Positions 48,756 through 59,218 of a stretch of DNA of 64,000 nt are shown here, piece after piece. The position numbers were made by a program, and so were the translations under genes. The number at the start of each line of letters is the position of its first letter. Position 1 is the first letter of the stretch. The notes beneath the pieces were generated by a model. That model did no database searches. It worked only from the letters and a program-made list of their open reading frames with translations, and was not told the DNA's origin. Source of the DNA: Gloeobacterales cyanobacterium (GTDB taxonomy: Bacteria; Cyanobacteriota; Cyanobacteriia; Gloeobacterales; PMM-0068). The stretch is from contig JBBRSB010000005.1 in NCBI GenBank assembly GCA_038245785.1, positions 32,001-96,000 on the forward strand, in the 5' to 3' direction.

Positions 48756-49327
48756 ATGGTTGTGAGTATTAGCTATCCTCAGTTTTCACCAGAAGAATAT
48801 CTGGAAATTGAGGAAATGAGCACGGTTAAACATCAATATATCCATGGACAAATTTATGCCATGGCAGGAGCCGGTAAAGCTCATGTCATTATTGCTGGTA
48901 ATTTAGTCACTTTATTGAACAACCATCTGAGGGGAAGTGGTTGCATTGTTTATTCCGCAGATATGAAAGTCAAAATAGCTGCTGCCGATGTCTTTTACTA
49001 TCCAGATGTAACGGTAACCTGTAACGAGGAGGATAGAAAATCTTCAGAAAATTTATTCGTTACCCCTGCTTCATTATTGAAATACTGTCTACGAAGACAG
49101 AAGCTTTTTACAGAGGAGATAAGTTCTCTGACTACCAGAAGTTGGAATCACTGGAAGAGTATGTTTTCATTGATCAGAAAAAGATGCGTATAGAGTCTTT
49201 TCATCGAAATTCTAAAGGCATGTGGACTCCCACTGTCTATGAAGAAAATGCAAAAGCCTACTTCACCAGTCTTAATTTTGACTGTCCGACTATGGCAATT
49301 TATGAAAATGTTAAATTATTGACTTGA
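48756..49327 (+). pseudogene. Frameshifted Uma2 endonuclease
   Basis: YYPDVTVTC, then a 1-nt loss near 49053; the second frame continues IRYPCFIIEILS...RGDKFSDYQKLESLEEYVFID. Confidence 0.88.
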
Positions 49328-49370
49328 TGTATTATTCAGTCTTCATTACTGGACTAGAAATATTAGCTTC

Positions 49371-50390
49371 CTATTGCTTATTTTCTAGCGCTCGTTCCAG
49401 TCTGCGTAACCGTTTAGACAGTTCAGGAAGATTTTTCAATTGGGTAATGTAGCGTCTCCAGATATCTACATCGACAGCAGGATAACCGGCGATCACCTTG
49501 CCGTTAGGCACAGAGTGGGTAATTCCGGTCCCAGCCGCCGCAATCACGTCATTACCAATCGTAAGATGACCCGATACGCCTGACTGCCCAGCAAGCACGA
49601 CTCGGTCCCCGACAATGGTCGAACCCGCCAGGGCAACCTGACCACAGATCACAGTGTCTTTTCCCACTTTGCAACCGTGAGCGATCTGTACCAGATTATC
49701 GATTTTGGTACCTTGACCAATTGTTGTCGCTTCCAGGGTGCCTCGGTCCACGGAACTAAGAGACTGAACTTCCACATCGTTGCCTAAGATTACCGTCCCG
49801 ACCTGGGGAATTTTGTGATAACTTCCATTGCCAACAGGTGCAAAGCCAAAACCATCGGCTCCAATCACTGCCCCATTTTGCAGAATTACACGCTGACCAA
49901 TCTGGACCTCTTCACGAACCACTACATGACTGTGCAGGAGCGATCCATCCCCGATAACAGCCCCGTCGTACACCACACAATGGGGATAAATGGTCACATG
50001 ATCCCCAAGGGTTACATTATTGCCGAGGACTACGTAGGCCCCGATGAAAATGTCTTTACCCAGGGTGCAGCTCTGACCAATCACCGCCGTTGGATGGATG
50101 CCTCTGGGAGGCAGAGGCTTGCTATGGAAAAGCTCAATCGCACGGGCAAAAGCTAGATAAGGGTTATTCGTATAAAGGGCGGGAAGAGGAAGCTTGCCTT
50201 GAAATTTAGGAGAAATAAGAATAGCTCCGGCTTTGCATCCTTCCAATTTCTGAGCGTACTGAGGATTTGATAAAAAGGTAAGATCGCCCGGCTCAGCTTC
50301 TTCTATAGGCGCAACCCCAGTGATCTCTATATTCAGCTCAGGGTCTACGCTTAGATCTAGAAGTTGTGCTAGCTTTTGAACGGAATACAT
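49371..50390 (-). CDS. lpxD: UDP-3-O-acylglucosamine N-acyltransferase
   Basis: IGADGFGF, KIPQVG, TKIDNLVQIAH, hexapeptide repeats. Confidence 0.96.
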   Translation of the reverse strand: MYSVQKLAQLLDLSVDPELNIEITGVAPIEEAEPGDLTFLSNPQYAQKLEGCKAGAILISPKFQGKLPLPALYTNNPYLAFARAIELFHSKPLPPRGIHPTAVIGQSCTLGKDIFIGAYVVLGNNVTLGDHVTIYPHCVVYDGAVIGDGSLLHSHVVVREEVQIGQRVILQNGAVIGADGFGFAPVGNGSYHKIPQVGTVILGNDVEVQSLSSVDRGTLEATTIGQGTKIDNLVQIAHGCKVGKDTVICGQVALAGSTIVGDRVVLAGQSGVSGHLTIGNDVIAAAGTGITHSVPNGKVIAGYPAVDVDIWRRYITQLKNLPELSKRLRRLERALENKQ

Positions 50391-50399
50391 AACACCTCG

Positions 50400-51332
50400 C
50401 TACAAATTTTTAAGGGGCATTAGGCTGATAGCCTGAGGAAGAATTTCTTTTTGAAATGCGCGGGTGGCCCGTGATACATAGCGTTTAGGATCTGTCAGAA
50501 TCCGAAGCGTACGATGCACATTCAAACCTTCTACCGGAATTTGGCGTAGAACACCTAAAGATAGTTCCTGACTGACAGCGATGGTTGAGATAAACGCGAT
50601 ACCCAACCCTGCTTGTACTGCCACTTTAATCGCTTCCAAAGAACTCAATTCCATTTCGATATTGAGTTTAGAAGGTTCAATGCTCGATTCAAGGAGGACT
50701 TTATCGATCACACGTCGGGTGGTAGAGCCTGGGTCCAGCGTGATGAATTTTTCTTTATACAATTGTTTCTTCTCAATCATAGAAGCACTAGCTAAAGGAT
50801 GGTTAGCCGCCGCGATCAAAATGAAGGAATCATCAATAAAATCTTCAACTTCTAAGCGTTCACCGAGTTCTGTCGGCACCGCCCCGCCCACAATACCAAG
50901 CCCCCATAGCCCTTCGATAATCCCTAAGGCAACTTGGCGCGTCGAACGAACCTGGAGCTGGACTGCCACTTCTGGATAAGACTGGCGAAACATACCAATT
51001 AGCTGGGGCATGAGATAGGTTCCTGTGGTCTGAGATGCCCCTAGGGTGAGTACGCCTCCCCGCAAACTTTCCAAATCTCCAATAGCTCTGACGGCTTCTT
51101 TCTGAAGGTTAATCATCTGTTCGGCATAGGAAAGGAGAACATGTCCTGCCTGAGTAAGTTCGGCACTGCGACTGGAGCGGTCAAACAGCATAGCCCCCAC
51201 TGCTTTTTCCAAATTCCTTACCTGTAGACTAACCGCAGGCTGGGAGATAAACATAGACTCAGCTGCTTTTTTGAAACTCCCTTCGTGCGCAATCGCTCTC
51301 AGGATTCTGATTTGGTCAAAACTAAAGCTCAT
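50400..51332 (-). CDS. rbcR: LysR regulator, RbcR/Ycf30 type
   Basis: FSFDQIRILRAIAHEGSFKKAA...GASQTTGTYLMP. Confidence 0.85.
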   Translation of the reverse strand: MSFSFDQIRILRAIAHEGSFKKAAESMFISQPAVSLQVRNLEKAVGAMLFDRSSRSAELTQAGHVLLSYAEQMINLQKEAVRAIGDLESLRGGVLTLGASQTTGTYLMPQLIGMFRQSYPEVAVQLQVRSTRQVALGIIEGLWGLGIVGGAVPTELGERLEVEDFIDDSFILIAAANHPLASASMIEKKQLYKEKFITLDPGSTTRRVIDKVLLESSIEPSKLNIEMELSSLEAIKVAVQAGLGIAFISTIAVSQELSLGVLRQIPVEGLNVHRTLRILTDPKRYVSRATRAFQKEILPQAISLMPLKNL

Positions 51333-51737
51333 AGATAAGAAAATTTGATGACAGGTATAACCATATATAAGAATAGCGGAAATCGAGTCCCTACGTCATG
51401 CCTAAGGGTGGATAGGGGAATCGGAGGAGATTTATGGCAGGGGTCAGGACTGTTTAAAAATTTCAATACAACCTTGATGTAACCCCAATGCGTGTTCAGT
51501 TCTGCTGAAACCTTGGGCTGCGGCTACAAAGTTGTGTGTTTATTCTTGCCACACGGCTGCGACATGAAAACTACACAGGAAATATATGCTAGGTTTACAT
51601 CACCCATACGTGCAAACTGCCCCTCGAAATCTTGCTCTTCTTCAGACATGTTCTAAACGACTTTGAAAAAGTAGAGACTAGAAAGTAGAGTGCTGAATTC
51701 ATAAGTCTTACTTTTCTTCTCAAAAAGGTAACATTAC

Positions 51738-52016
51738 ATGAAATTTTCTCCTAGCCAAGATTTAAAAGCTTTTGACGTTCTTATCGATAGCGATCCCATG
51801 GAAGATTTGGAGGGTTCAACGGCTGTTCTTGAAAGATGGCTCAAGGACTCAGAGCAAGAACAATCAGAGAAGCTAGAACTCTGCCTAACACTTTTGCTCA
51901 GTATGGAAGAGCGAGCTAATGCCCATCGCCAGGAAGCGCTCAAAGTGCTGGAGCGCGCCCATGCCGATGAGGAAAAAGCCCTATATCTAGAGACTCTTGT
52001 TCATAAATATCTTTGA
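51738..52016 (+). CDS. Small coiled-coil protein resembling the N-terminal half of siphovirus Gp157
   Basis: ERWL...EKL...EERANAHRQEA...DEEKALYL pattern, recalled from memory. Confidence 0.5.
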   Translation: MKFSPSQDLKAFDVLIDSDPMEDLEGSTAVLERWLKDSEQEQSEKLELCLTLLLSMEERANAHRQEALKVLERAHADEEKALYLETLVHKYL

Positions 52017-52086
52017 AGAGCACACATCGCCTTAGTCGCGGGCTCATGCTCTAGACTGCTGCTAAGTTCGAGTAGTTCTTCGAGTT

Positions 52087-53448
52087 TTATTCTCTAGGTT
52101 GCTTCGGCTTCCAATTTTCTTTAACGACTTGCTTGGCACGAGCTACGACCAATGCCCCATCGGGGACATCTTTTGTGACGACAGAACCCGCTCCTACATT
52201 CACATCTTCTCCCAAAGTAATTGGGGCAATTAGTACTGTATTAGAGCCTGTTTTGCTGCCTTTACCAATAACAGTAGGATGCTTACGGAAGCCATCATAG
52301 TTAGCCGTAATCGTCCCGGCGCCAATATTGACCCGCTCACCGACGGTGGCATCACCCAAATAGCTTAAATGAGCACTGTTGGTATGGTTGCCGAGGGTGG
52401 ATTTTTTGATTTCTACAAAGTTTCCAATCCGGCACTGATCACCAATTACAGCCCCATCCCGGATATGACTAAAAGGACCGATGGCGCACTTTGAACCTGT
52501 CCGGCTCCGTTCAATCACAGAATAGCGAACCACACTCTCTGGGCCAATCTCACTATCGACGATCAAGGTTCCTGGACCGAGCAAAGCTCCAGACCGAATC
52601 ACGGTATTCCCCCGCAAATGTGTTTGCGGTTCAATCACGACATCCGGTTCTAGCTGAACCCCATCTTCAATCGTGGTAGAACGAGGGTCTAGAATAGTCA
52701 CCCCTTCTAGCATCCAGTGTTGCAAAATCCGCTGATGATAAATTTCAGCCACTTCTGCCAGCTGTAGCCGATTATTCACACCCAGAATTTCTCTATAGTC
52801 ACTAATTTCGAGAGCAAAGGCTGGTGTTAGTTGCGCAATCACATCGGTGAGATAATATTCGCCTTGGTCGTTGTAGTTGCTCAGATCCTTTAGAATCGGC
52901 CATAGGGTCTGCCAATCAAAGCAATAGACTCCCGCATTGACCAAGGGATGGAGCCTCTCTTCTGGCGTGCAGTCCCGATGTTCAACAATGCGCTCTATCG
53001 ATAAGTCAGACTTCAAAAATACGCGACCATAGCCTGTAGGGTCCGCTAGGCGAGACGTTAATAAGCTCGCCCTAGCTCCTGAACTATGATGGCGATCTAA
53101 AAGCTGTTGGATCGTTTGGGGGGTGATCAAGGGCATGTCACCGTTGACGACGAGAAGCGTTCCCTTGAAATCTTTCAGAGCTGGAGCTATTTGCTGAACG
53201 GCATGGCCTGTTCCTTTCTGTTCATGCTGATAAATAATGCCCACGTCTTGGTTGGACAAGCTGGCTTCAACCGCTTCTGCTCCGTGGCCGATGATAACCT
53301 GGGTCTGCTCAACTTCTGTTTGCTGTATGGCATAGAGCACATGATCGACCAGCGTCCTTCCGCCAAATCTATGCAGGACTTTAGGCATATGGGACTTCAT
53401 CCGGGTTCCTTTCCCTGCAGCAAGAATACAAGCAACCGTATTAGGCAT
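52087..53448 (-). CDS. glmU: Bifunctional UDP-GlcNAc pyrophosphorylase/acetyltransferase
   Basis: LAAGKGTRMKS, EYYLTD, GNFVEIK, HLSYLGD, NYDG. Confidence 0.98.
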   Translation of the reverse strand: MPNTVACILAAGKGTRMKSHMPKVLHRFGGRTLVDHVLYAIQQTEVEQTQVIIGHGAEAVEASLSNQDVGIIYQHEQKGTGHAVQQIAPALKDFKGTLLVVNGDMPLITPQTIQQLLDRHHSSGARASLLTSRLADPTGYGRVFLKSDLSIERIVEHRDCTPEERLHPLVNAGVYCFDWQTLWPILKDLSNYNDQGEYYLTDVIAQLTPAFALEISDYREILGVNNRLQLAEVAEIYHQRILQHWMLEGVTILDPRSTTIEDGVQLEPDVVIEPQTHLRGNTVIRSGALLGPGTLIVDSEIGPESVVRYSVIERSRTGSKCAIGPFSHIRDGAVIGDQCRIGNFVEIKKSTLGNHTNSAHLSYLGDATVGERVNIGAGTITANYDGFRKHPTVIGKGSKTGSNTVLIAPITLGEDVNVGAGSVVTKDVPDGALVVARAKQVVKENWKPKQPRE

Positions 53449-53743
53449 CTGAATCTACCAGCTAATCGCCACCAGACTACTACAGACCTGAGGTCCAAAA
53501 CAGCCAAGACTTTCCAAACTACTAATCTGCGCCTATGAGAACCTGTATCTAATTCTTTGCTCTATCCCGACGAAAAGCCAGGATTAAGACTATAGGCAGA
53601 TAACAAAAGAGTCTGAAGCCTTTAGCCTGAAATTAATCCCAATGCTTGAGCTGTCTTTTTCAAGCGATAAAACCCGACTTTTTAGAAGAGCCGGGTCTCA
53701 ATCTGAATTGGAGCGTTGCAATCAAAGTCTTGGAGCCTTAAAG

Positions 53744-55438
53744 ATGGAATCGTATGACGTCATTATTATTGGGGCAGGGCACAACGGATTGGTTTGTGCC
53801 TCCTATCTACTTAAATCGAGATATAGCGTTTTGCTCCTAGAAAAACGTTCCATCCCAGGCGGAGCCGCCACAACAGAGGAAATTTTACCTCAAGAAGCTC
53901 CTGAATTTAGGTTTAATCGTTGTGCGATCGACCATGAGTTTATCCACTTGGGACCCGTGGTTGAAGAGTTGGAACTTCACAAACATGGTCTGGAATATCT
54001 TTTCTGTGATCCAGTCGTATTTTGTCCTCACCCTGATGGGAAATACTTTTTGGCCCACAAATCTGTAGAAAAAACCTGTGCCGAGATTGCTCGCTTTAGT
54101 AAACGGGATGCACGAAAGTATCAAGAATTTATAGAGGGATGGCAGCGCATTCTAAGAAGTATCATCCCTATGTTCAATGCACCACCTAAGTCGGTGATGG
54201 ATATTGCAACAAACTACGATATTAGTAAAATCAAAGATCTATTTTCAATTTTGGGTCCACCCAATCAAACACTGGATTTAGTGCGAACTTTTCTGAACAG
54301 CGCCGAAGACAATTTAAATGAATGGTTTGATTCAGAATTTTTGAAAGCGCCTCTAGCGCGATTGGCCTCTGAGTTGGGCGCGCCTCCTAGCCAAAAGACT
54401 TTGGCGATTGGGGCGATTATGATGGCAATGCGTCATAGTCCTGGCATGGCTCGACCAAAGGGTGGCACAGGAGCTTTAGTCGCAGCTCTACTTAGCTTAG
54501 TGAGAAGCTTGGGGGGCAAGGTTTTAACTGATCAAGATGTAGATAAAGTTTTAGTAGATGATGGGAAAGCAGTGGGTGTTCGCATAGGTAGTGGAACAGA
54601 ATATCGGGCAAATAAAGGGGTAATTTCTAATATTGATGCTAAGCGACTATTCTTACAGATGATAGATAAAAAAGATGTCGATGATGCCGATCCCGAGCTA
54701 AGAGAACGACTAGCACGACGGATTGTTAATAATAACGAGACGATTCTTAAAATTGATTGTGCCTTATCAGAACTCCCCCGTTTTGAGCATCACAACCATC
54801 AGGATGAATACTTGACAGGTTCTATCCTCATTGCAGACTCAATGAAGCATGTTGAAATAGCCCATAGTGAGCCAAGTATCGGCAAAATTCCAGATGCCGA
54901 TCCTTCTATCTATGCAGTCGTTCCAACCTTTCTAGACCCATCCATGGCCCCGCCTGGCAAACATACTCTTTGGATTGAGTTTTTTGCGCCTTACCAGATT
55001 GAGCATGCAGAAGGTAGTGGTCTCAAGGGTACGGGGTGGACAGATGAGTTGAAGAATAAGGTTGCAGATCGGGTGATTGATAAACTGGCTGAATATGCTC
55101 CTAATTTGAAAAACTCGATCATTGCTCGTCACGTAGAAAGCCCTGCAGAACTTGGAGAACGTCTAGGTGCGTTGAAAGGAAATTACTATCATATTGATAT
55201 GAGCTTGGATCAGATGATATTTTTCCGTCCACTTCCTGAGCTAGCTAACTACAAAACTCCTATAGAAGGGCTTTTCTTAACAGGAGCAGGTACTCATCCA
55301 GGAGGGTCTATTTCTGGAATGCCCGGTCGAAATTGCGCTCATGTATTTCTTCAAAGCCAGCGATCATTTACGAAGGTGCTTAAAGATGCTAGAGACTCTT
55401 TCGGGGAAAGAATTCATAACGTGAGTAAACTCTTTTAA
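53744..55438 (+). CDS. crtO: Beta-carotene ketolase, CrtO type (phytoene-desaturase-like FAD enzyme)
   Basis: YDVIIIGAGHNGL, CAIDHEFIHLGP, GAGTHPGGSISGMPGRNCA; start set at MESYDV. Confidence 0.88.
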   Translation: MESYDVIIIGAGHNGLVCASYLLKSRYSVLLLEKRSIPGGAATTEEILPQEAPEFRFNRCAIDHEFIHLGPVVEELELHKHGLEYLFCDPVVFCPHPDGKYFLAHKSVEKTCAEIARFSKRDARKYQEFIEGWQRILRSIIPMFNAPPKSVMDIATNYDISKIKDLFSILGPPNQTLDLVRTFLNSAEDNLNEWFDSEFLKAPLARLASELGAPPSQKTLAIGAIMMAMRHSPGMARPKGGTGALVAALLSLVRSLGGKVLTDQDVDKVLVDDGKAVGVRIGSGTEYRANKGVISNIDAKRLFLQMIDKKDVDDADPELRERLARRIVNNNETILKIDCALSELPRFEHHNHQDEYLTGSILIADSMKHVEIAHSEPSIGKIPDADPSIYAVVPTFLDPSMAPPGKHTLWIEFFAPYQIEHAEGSGLKGTGWTDELKNKVADRVIDKLAEYAPNLKNSIIARHVESPAELGERLGALKGNYYHIDMSLDQMIFFRPLPELANYKTPIEGLFLTGAGTHPGGSISGMPGRNCAHVFLQSQRSFTKVLKDARDSFGERIHNVSKLF

Positions 55439-55453
55439 GGTTAGATAGCGCTC

Positions 55454-56557
55454 ATAGAAAAGCAAGTCTTGATTATTGGTGGAAGAGGGCGGATCGGCCG
55501 TTGTGTGGCAGCTGATTTAATCGACAACATATCAGCAGACATTATAATTACCGGCCGCAATCCCACCCCCTTTCTTTATTCGCCCGATCAAACTCAAGCT
55601 CGGGTACGTTACCTTGAATTGGATTTGCTTGATCATGAGAAGCTAGGAAAAACGGTTGCTACCAGCGATTTAGTTGTTCATTGTGCGGGTCCTTTCCATA
55701 AACGAGATACCTGGGTCTTGCAGACTTGCATTGAAAAGGGCGTTCCTTATATTGATGTCAGCGATGATCGGGGCTTTACTCAGAGAGCTTTATCTCTTCG
55801 TGACGCTGCTATCGCCAGTGGCGTTACAGCTATTATCAACTCTGGCGTTTTCCCAGGCATCTCCAATAGCATGGTACTACAAGGGGTAGAGCATTTAGAG
55901 ACTACCCATAAGATTCATCTCAGCTATGTTGTAGCGGGGTCAGGCGGAGCAGGAGTAACAGTTATGCGTACGACATTTTCAAATCTGCAACGGCCCTTTG
56001 AAGCATGGATTGAGGGTCGATGGCAAACAGTTACTCCCTATACAGATCGTGAAAGCATTGAGTTTCCGGCTCCTTTTGGTCGGGCCGGTGTCTATTGGTT
56101 TGATATGCCTGAAGCCTTGACTTTAGTTTATAGTTTCCCTGTAGACACTGTGATTACCAAGTTTGGTTCCGTTCCAGATTTTTATAATCACCTAACTTGG
56201 ATGACGGCTCATTGGTTTCCCCCTAAACTAATGCAGAACCCCAACGTCATTGAGTTTTTGGCCCACGTTAGCCATAGGATGACGGGTGTTAGCGATCGAT
56301 TTAGCGGTATAGGGGTGGCAATCCGGTTGGAAATAACAGGAAAAAAAGAGGGGCGGTTAGTTCGATATCGTTCTGATTTTGTTTATGACAGTGCAGCCGT
56401 TGCTGCAGGGCATGGCACAGGGAGTATTGCCCAATGTATTTTGTCTGGTCAACTTACTAAACCAGGCGTTTGGGCAGTTGAGCAAGCTTTAAGCACAGAA
56501 TTATTTGAGAAAGTGATGCAAAGTCGTAACCTAGTAATTCACCAAACCTGGCTTTAG
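55454..56557 (+). CDS. Saccharopine dehydrogenase-like oxidoreductase
   Basis: VLIIGGRGRIG, VHCAGPF, GVFPGISN; the in-frame start region has ATA rather than ATG. Confidence 0.88.
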   Translation: MEKQVLIIGGRGRIGRCVAADLIDNISADIIITGRNPTPFLYSPDQTQARVRYLELDLLDHEKLGKTVATSDLVVHCAGPFHKRDTWVLQTCIEKGVPYIDVSDDRGFTQRALSLRDAAIASGVTAIINSGVFPGISNSMVLQGVEHLETTHKIHLSYVVAGSGGAGVTVMRTTFSNLQRPFEAWIEGRWQTVTPYTDRESIEFPAPFGRAGVYWFDMPEALTLVYSFPVDTVITKFGSVPDFYNHLTWMTAHWFPPKLMQNPNVIEFLAHVSHRMTGVSDRFSGIGVAIRLEITGKKEGRLVRYRSDFVYDSAAVAAGHGTGSIAQCILSGQLTKPGVWAVEQALSTELFEKVMQSRNLVIHQTWL

Positions 56558-56768
56558 GAAGCCTAGCTCCTCTAGGCAAGGAAAGTATTATAAGGGCGGA
56601 TGACAAAACATTTCTTTGCCATAGCCATCCCAGATTTTCCGATTACAGGATTGACTTCAAGCATATGCACACGACTAAGAAATTAATCTGCAGCTGGTTC
56701 TGGCTTGGGTATTTCTTCATAGACCAATAAAAGCGTGAAAAAACATAACTCTTATAGATTGTCAAACG

Positions 56769-57689
56769 CTATTTTTGGCAGTAACAAATGTATCGATTAA
56801 TCGAATAAAAGAATTCACTGCTCAAGGCTTGAGCTTCTAGGTCTAATAACCATTGTTCTACTTCCCCTTGAGCAACTAAAGATTTTTTAGTCAGCTCCTC
56901 TACCATTATTCGAGCCATATTGTAGGCATATAAATTTGGATGCCATTGAGTATTGGTAAGACTATAGACACCTGTTTGTACACTGCTAAATCCGGCTTGT
57001 TGGCAAAGACTATGAAGCTCTCTTCCTAGCTGACCCTTAGTACTAGAATCGGAGAACAACTGCACAATTTTGCGGCAGAGCCGTTTGTCCTTAGCATTAA
57101 AGACTTGGGTATCAAAATCTGAATGAATAATAACAGCGGAACCATCTACTTTCAGGACTCTATGAAGTTCCTTAAGAGTGATCAGCGGTGAAGTCGTACA
57201 TTCAAGCATTTCCACACAAAGAGCCCGGTCAAATTCCTCTTCAGAGAAAGGTAAGTTATGAGCATCCGCCAGTTGGAATTCAATCTTCTCAGGACTTCCA
57301 TCTTTTTGCCATTGGTTGATGGCCTGGTTATATCGGTTGGGATTATTTTCAATACCGATGATCTTATCGATCTCAGGATAGTTTTGTAGGAGTAATCGCT
57401 CTGCATCTCCGCTACTGCATCCTACATCAATGATTTTGTGCCCAAAGGATGGTTGTAGGGCAGCGAGATAGAATAGCCACTGCGCAATGACATCGGGCAT
57501 CGGATCATCCAAGAATTGCTCCTGACCTGTATCACTGGGTGCCGTGTACTTTTTAAGAAGATTGCGGGAATACATGAAGGATGCAGCTCTATTAACTAGC
57601 TTATCGGTCCAACCTAGGCATACGGCTAGAATTCCACAAAGAGGAAGGAATAACGACAAAGGAAGGTATGTACTTCCGGGCCAGATCAA
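56769..57689 (-). CDS. Class I SAM-dependent methyltransferase (UbiE-like)
   Basis: IIDVGCSSG, ADAHNLPF, ELHRVLK; start uncertain and probably internal. Confidence 0.85.
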   Translation of the reverse strand: MIWPGSTYLPLSLFLPLCGILAVCLGWTDKLVNRAASFMYSRNLLKKYTAPSDTGQEQFLDDPMPDVIAQWLFYLAALQPSFGHKIIDVGCSSGDAERLLLQNYPEIDKIIGIENNPNRYNQAINQWQKDGSPEKIEFQLADAHNLPFSEEEFDRALCVEMLECTTSPLITLKELHRVLKVDGSAVIIHSDFDTQVFNAKDKRLCRKIVQLFSDSSTKGQLGRELHSLCQQAGFSSVQTGVYSLTNTQWHPNLYAYNMARIMVEELTKKSLVAQGEVEQWLLDLEAQALSSEFFYSINRYICYCQK

Positions 57690-57855
57690 TGAAGCTTTTT
57701 CTTTATCCCTTATCCTCCCACAGGAGCGTAGGCTTACCGTTCGTATTCTTGCCCATAATGTTTTGCCGCTTAGGTACAGTAGGGCAAACCATAACCTTTA
57801 GTAAATCGGCGATCGGAAGCCTGTAGGCCTTGTCGTTGATTATGATCAGCAGGCT

Positions 57856-59109
57856 GTGTGTTTAAGAAATCTCTTGCCTAACGCTCCATCCCGCGCTGAC
57901 CCCTATGCGGCCCTTCGATTTCGAGACTATCGCTTATTTGCGCTCGGCAACTGGGCGTCGAATATGGGCCAACAGATGCTGAGTGTCGCGATTGGTTGGG
58001 AACTTTATGAACGCACGCATTCGGCGCTGGCCTTAGGCCTTGTTGGTCTTGTCCAGGTATTGCCCGTGATTTTTTTAGCTCTACTGGCGGGGCAGGTCGC
58101 AGACCAGCTTGACCGGCGAGGAATTGTACTGATTACGCAAGGAGTCTTGGCGCTTTGTTCCATTGGATTAGCAATGATTTCCTTTGGGCAAGGGCCTGTG
58201 TTTTTGATCTATCTTTGCCTATTTGTAATTGGGACAGCCCGCGCTTTTAATAACCCAGCCCGTGCAGCATTACTCCCGCAGCTCGTACCCAAGGAAATTT
58301 TTAGTAATGCCGTGACCTGGAATAGCAGCGGATTTCAGTTAGCTGCTATGCTCGGACCTGCTTTGGCGGGATTGCTGATTGCGGTGCAAAAGAGTTCCAC
58401 TTGGGTCTATATATTTTGCGCGCTCTCTGCCCTGATCTTTTTTGGATCTCTATTCCTGATTAAAGGTCGTCAAGCAGGACGTTCAACAGAACCAGTTACC
58501 TTCAAATCCCTAGCTGCAGGTTTCAGTTTTGTCTGGCAAACCAAAATAATCCTGGCCGCCCTCACTTTAGATTTGTTTGCGGTATTGCTAGGCGGCGCCA
58601 CCACGTTACTTCCAATTTTTGCTAAGGATATTCTCCATGTCGGGCCCGATGGTTTAGGTTGGCTCCGCGCTGCACCTGCTATCGGCGCTTTCATTATGGC
58701 TTTGACGATTACCTATCTACCGACCATGAGTCAGGCTGGTAAAACCTTGCTGTGGGCCGTAGGAGGATTTGGAGCAGCGACGATTGGCTTTGGTCTTTCT
58801 CAGTCTTTTTGGTTTTCACTTTTCATGCTCGTGCTGATTGGCGCTTTGGATAGCATTAGTGTTGTGGTTCGCCAAACCTTAGTCCAGTTGCGTACGCCCG
58901 ATGAAATGCGCGGTCGCGTATCTGCGGTCAATGGAATGTTCATCAGCACCTCCAATGAATTGGGAGGTTTTGAATCAGGCATTGCTGCCAGCCTATTCGG
59001 TCCGGTGCTTGCTGTTGTCGGTGGCGGAATTGGGACTATTGCTGTAGTCCTTGCCGTAGCGATTGTTTGGCCTGAGATCCGAAAATTAAAATCTTTAATC
59101 CCAGATTAA
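57856..59109 (+). CDS. MFS transporter (EntS/MFS_3-like)
   Basis: AGQVADQLDRR, TPDEMRGRV, about 12 TM helices. Confidence 0.92.
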   Translation: MCLRNLLPNAPSRADPYAALRFRDYRLFALGNWASNMGQQMLSVAIGWELYERTHSALALGLVGLVQVLPVIFLALLAGQVADQLDRRGIVLITQGVLALCSIGLAMISFGQGPVFLIYLCLFVIGTARAFNNPARAALLPQLVPKEIFSNAVTWNSSGFQLAAMLGPALAGLLIAVQKSSTWVYIFCALSALIFFGSLFLIKGRQAGRSTEPVTFKSLAAGFSFVWQTKIILAALTLDLFAVLLGGATTLLPIFAKDILHVGPDGLGWLRAAPAIGAFIMALTITYLPTMSQAGKTLLWAVGGFGAATIGFGLSQSFWFSLFMLVLIGALDSISVVVRQTLVQLRTPDEMRGRVSAVNGMFISTSNELGGFESGIAASLFGPVLAVVGGGIGTIAVVLAVAIVWPEIRKLKSLIPD

Positions 59110-59111
59110 AT

Positions 59112-59209
59112 GGAAACCCCCAGCTATCGCCGTCCCCCTTTTAGGCAAAGCCTTCCCAAAGGGTAGGGGGACGGCGATAGAGTCTTCTTAATTCCACCTA
59201 GCTACTTAT
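59112..59209 (-). repeat. Small dispersed palindromic repeat, copy 2; possible bidirectional terminator
   Basis: Perfect 16-bp IR CTATCGCCGTCCCCCT/AGGGGGACGGCGATAG between convergent genes; both ends match 12918-12984. Confidence 0.8.
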
Positions 59210-59218
59210 GGTGGTTGC

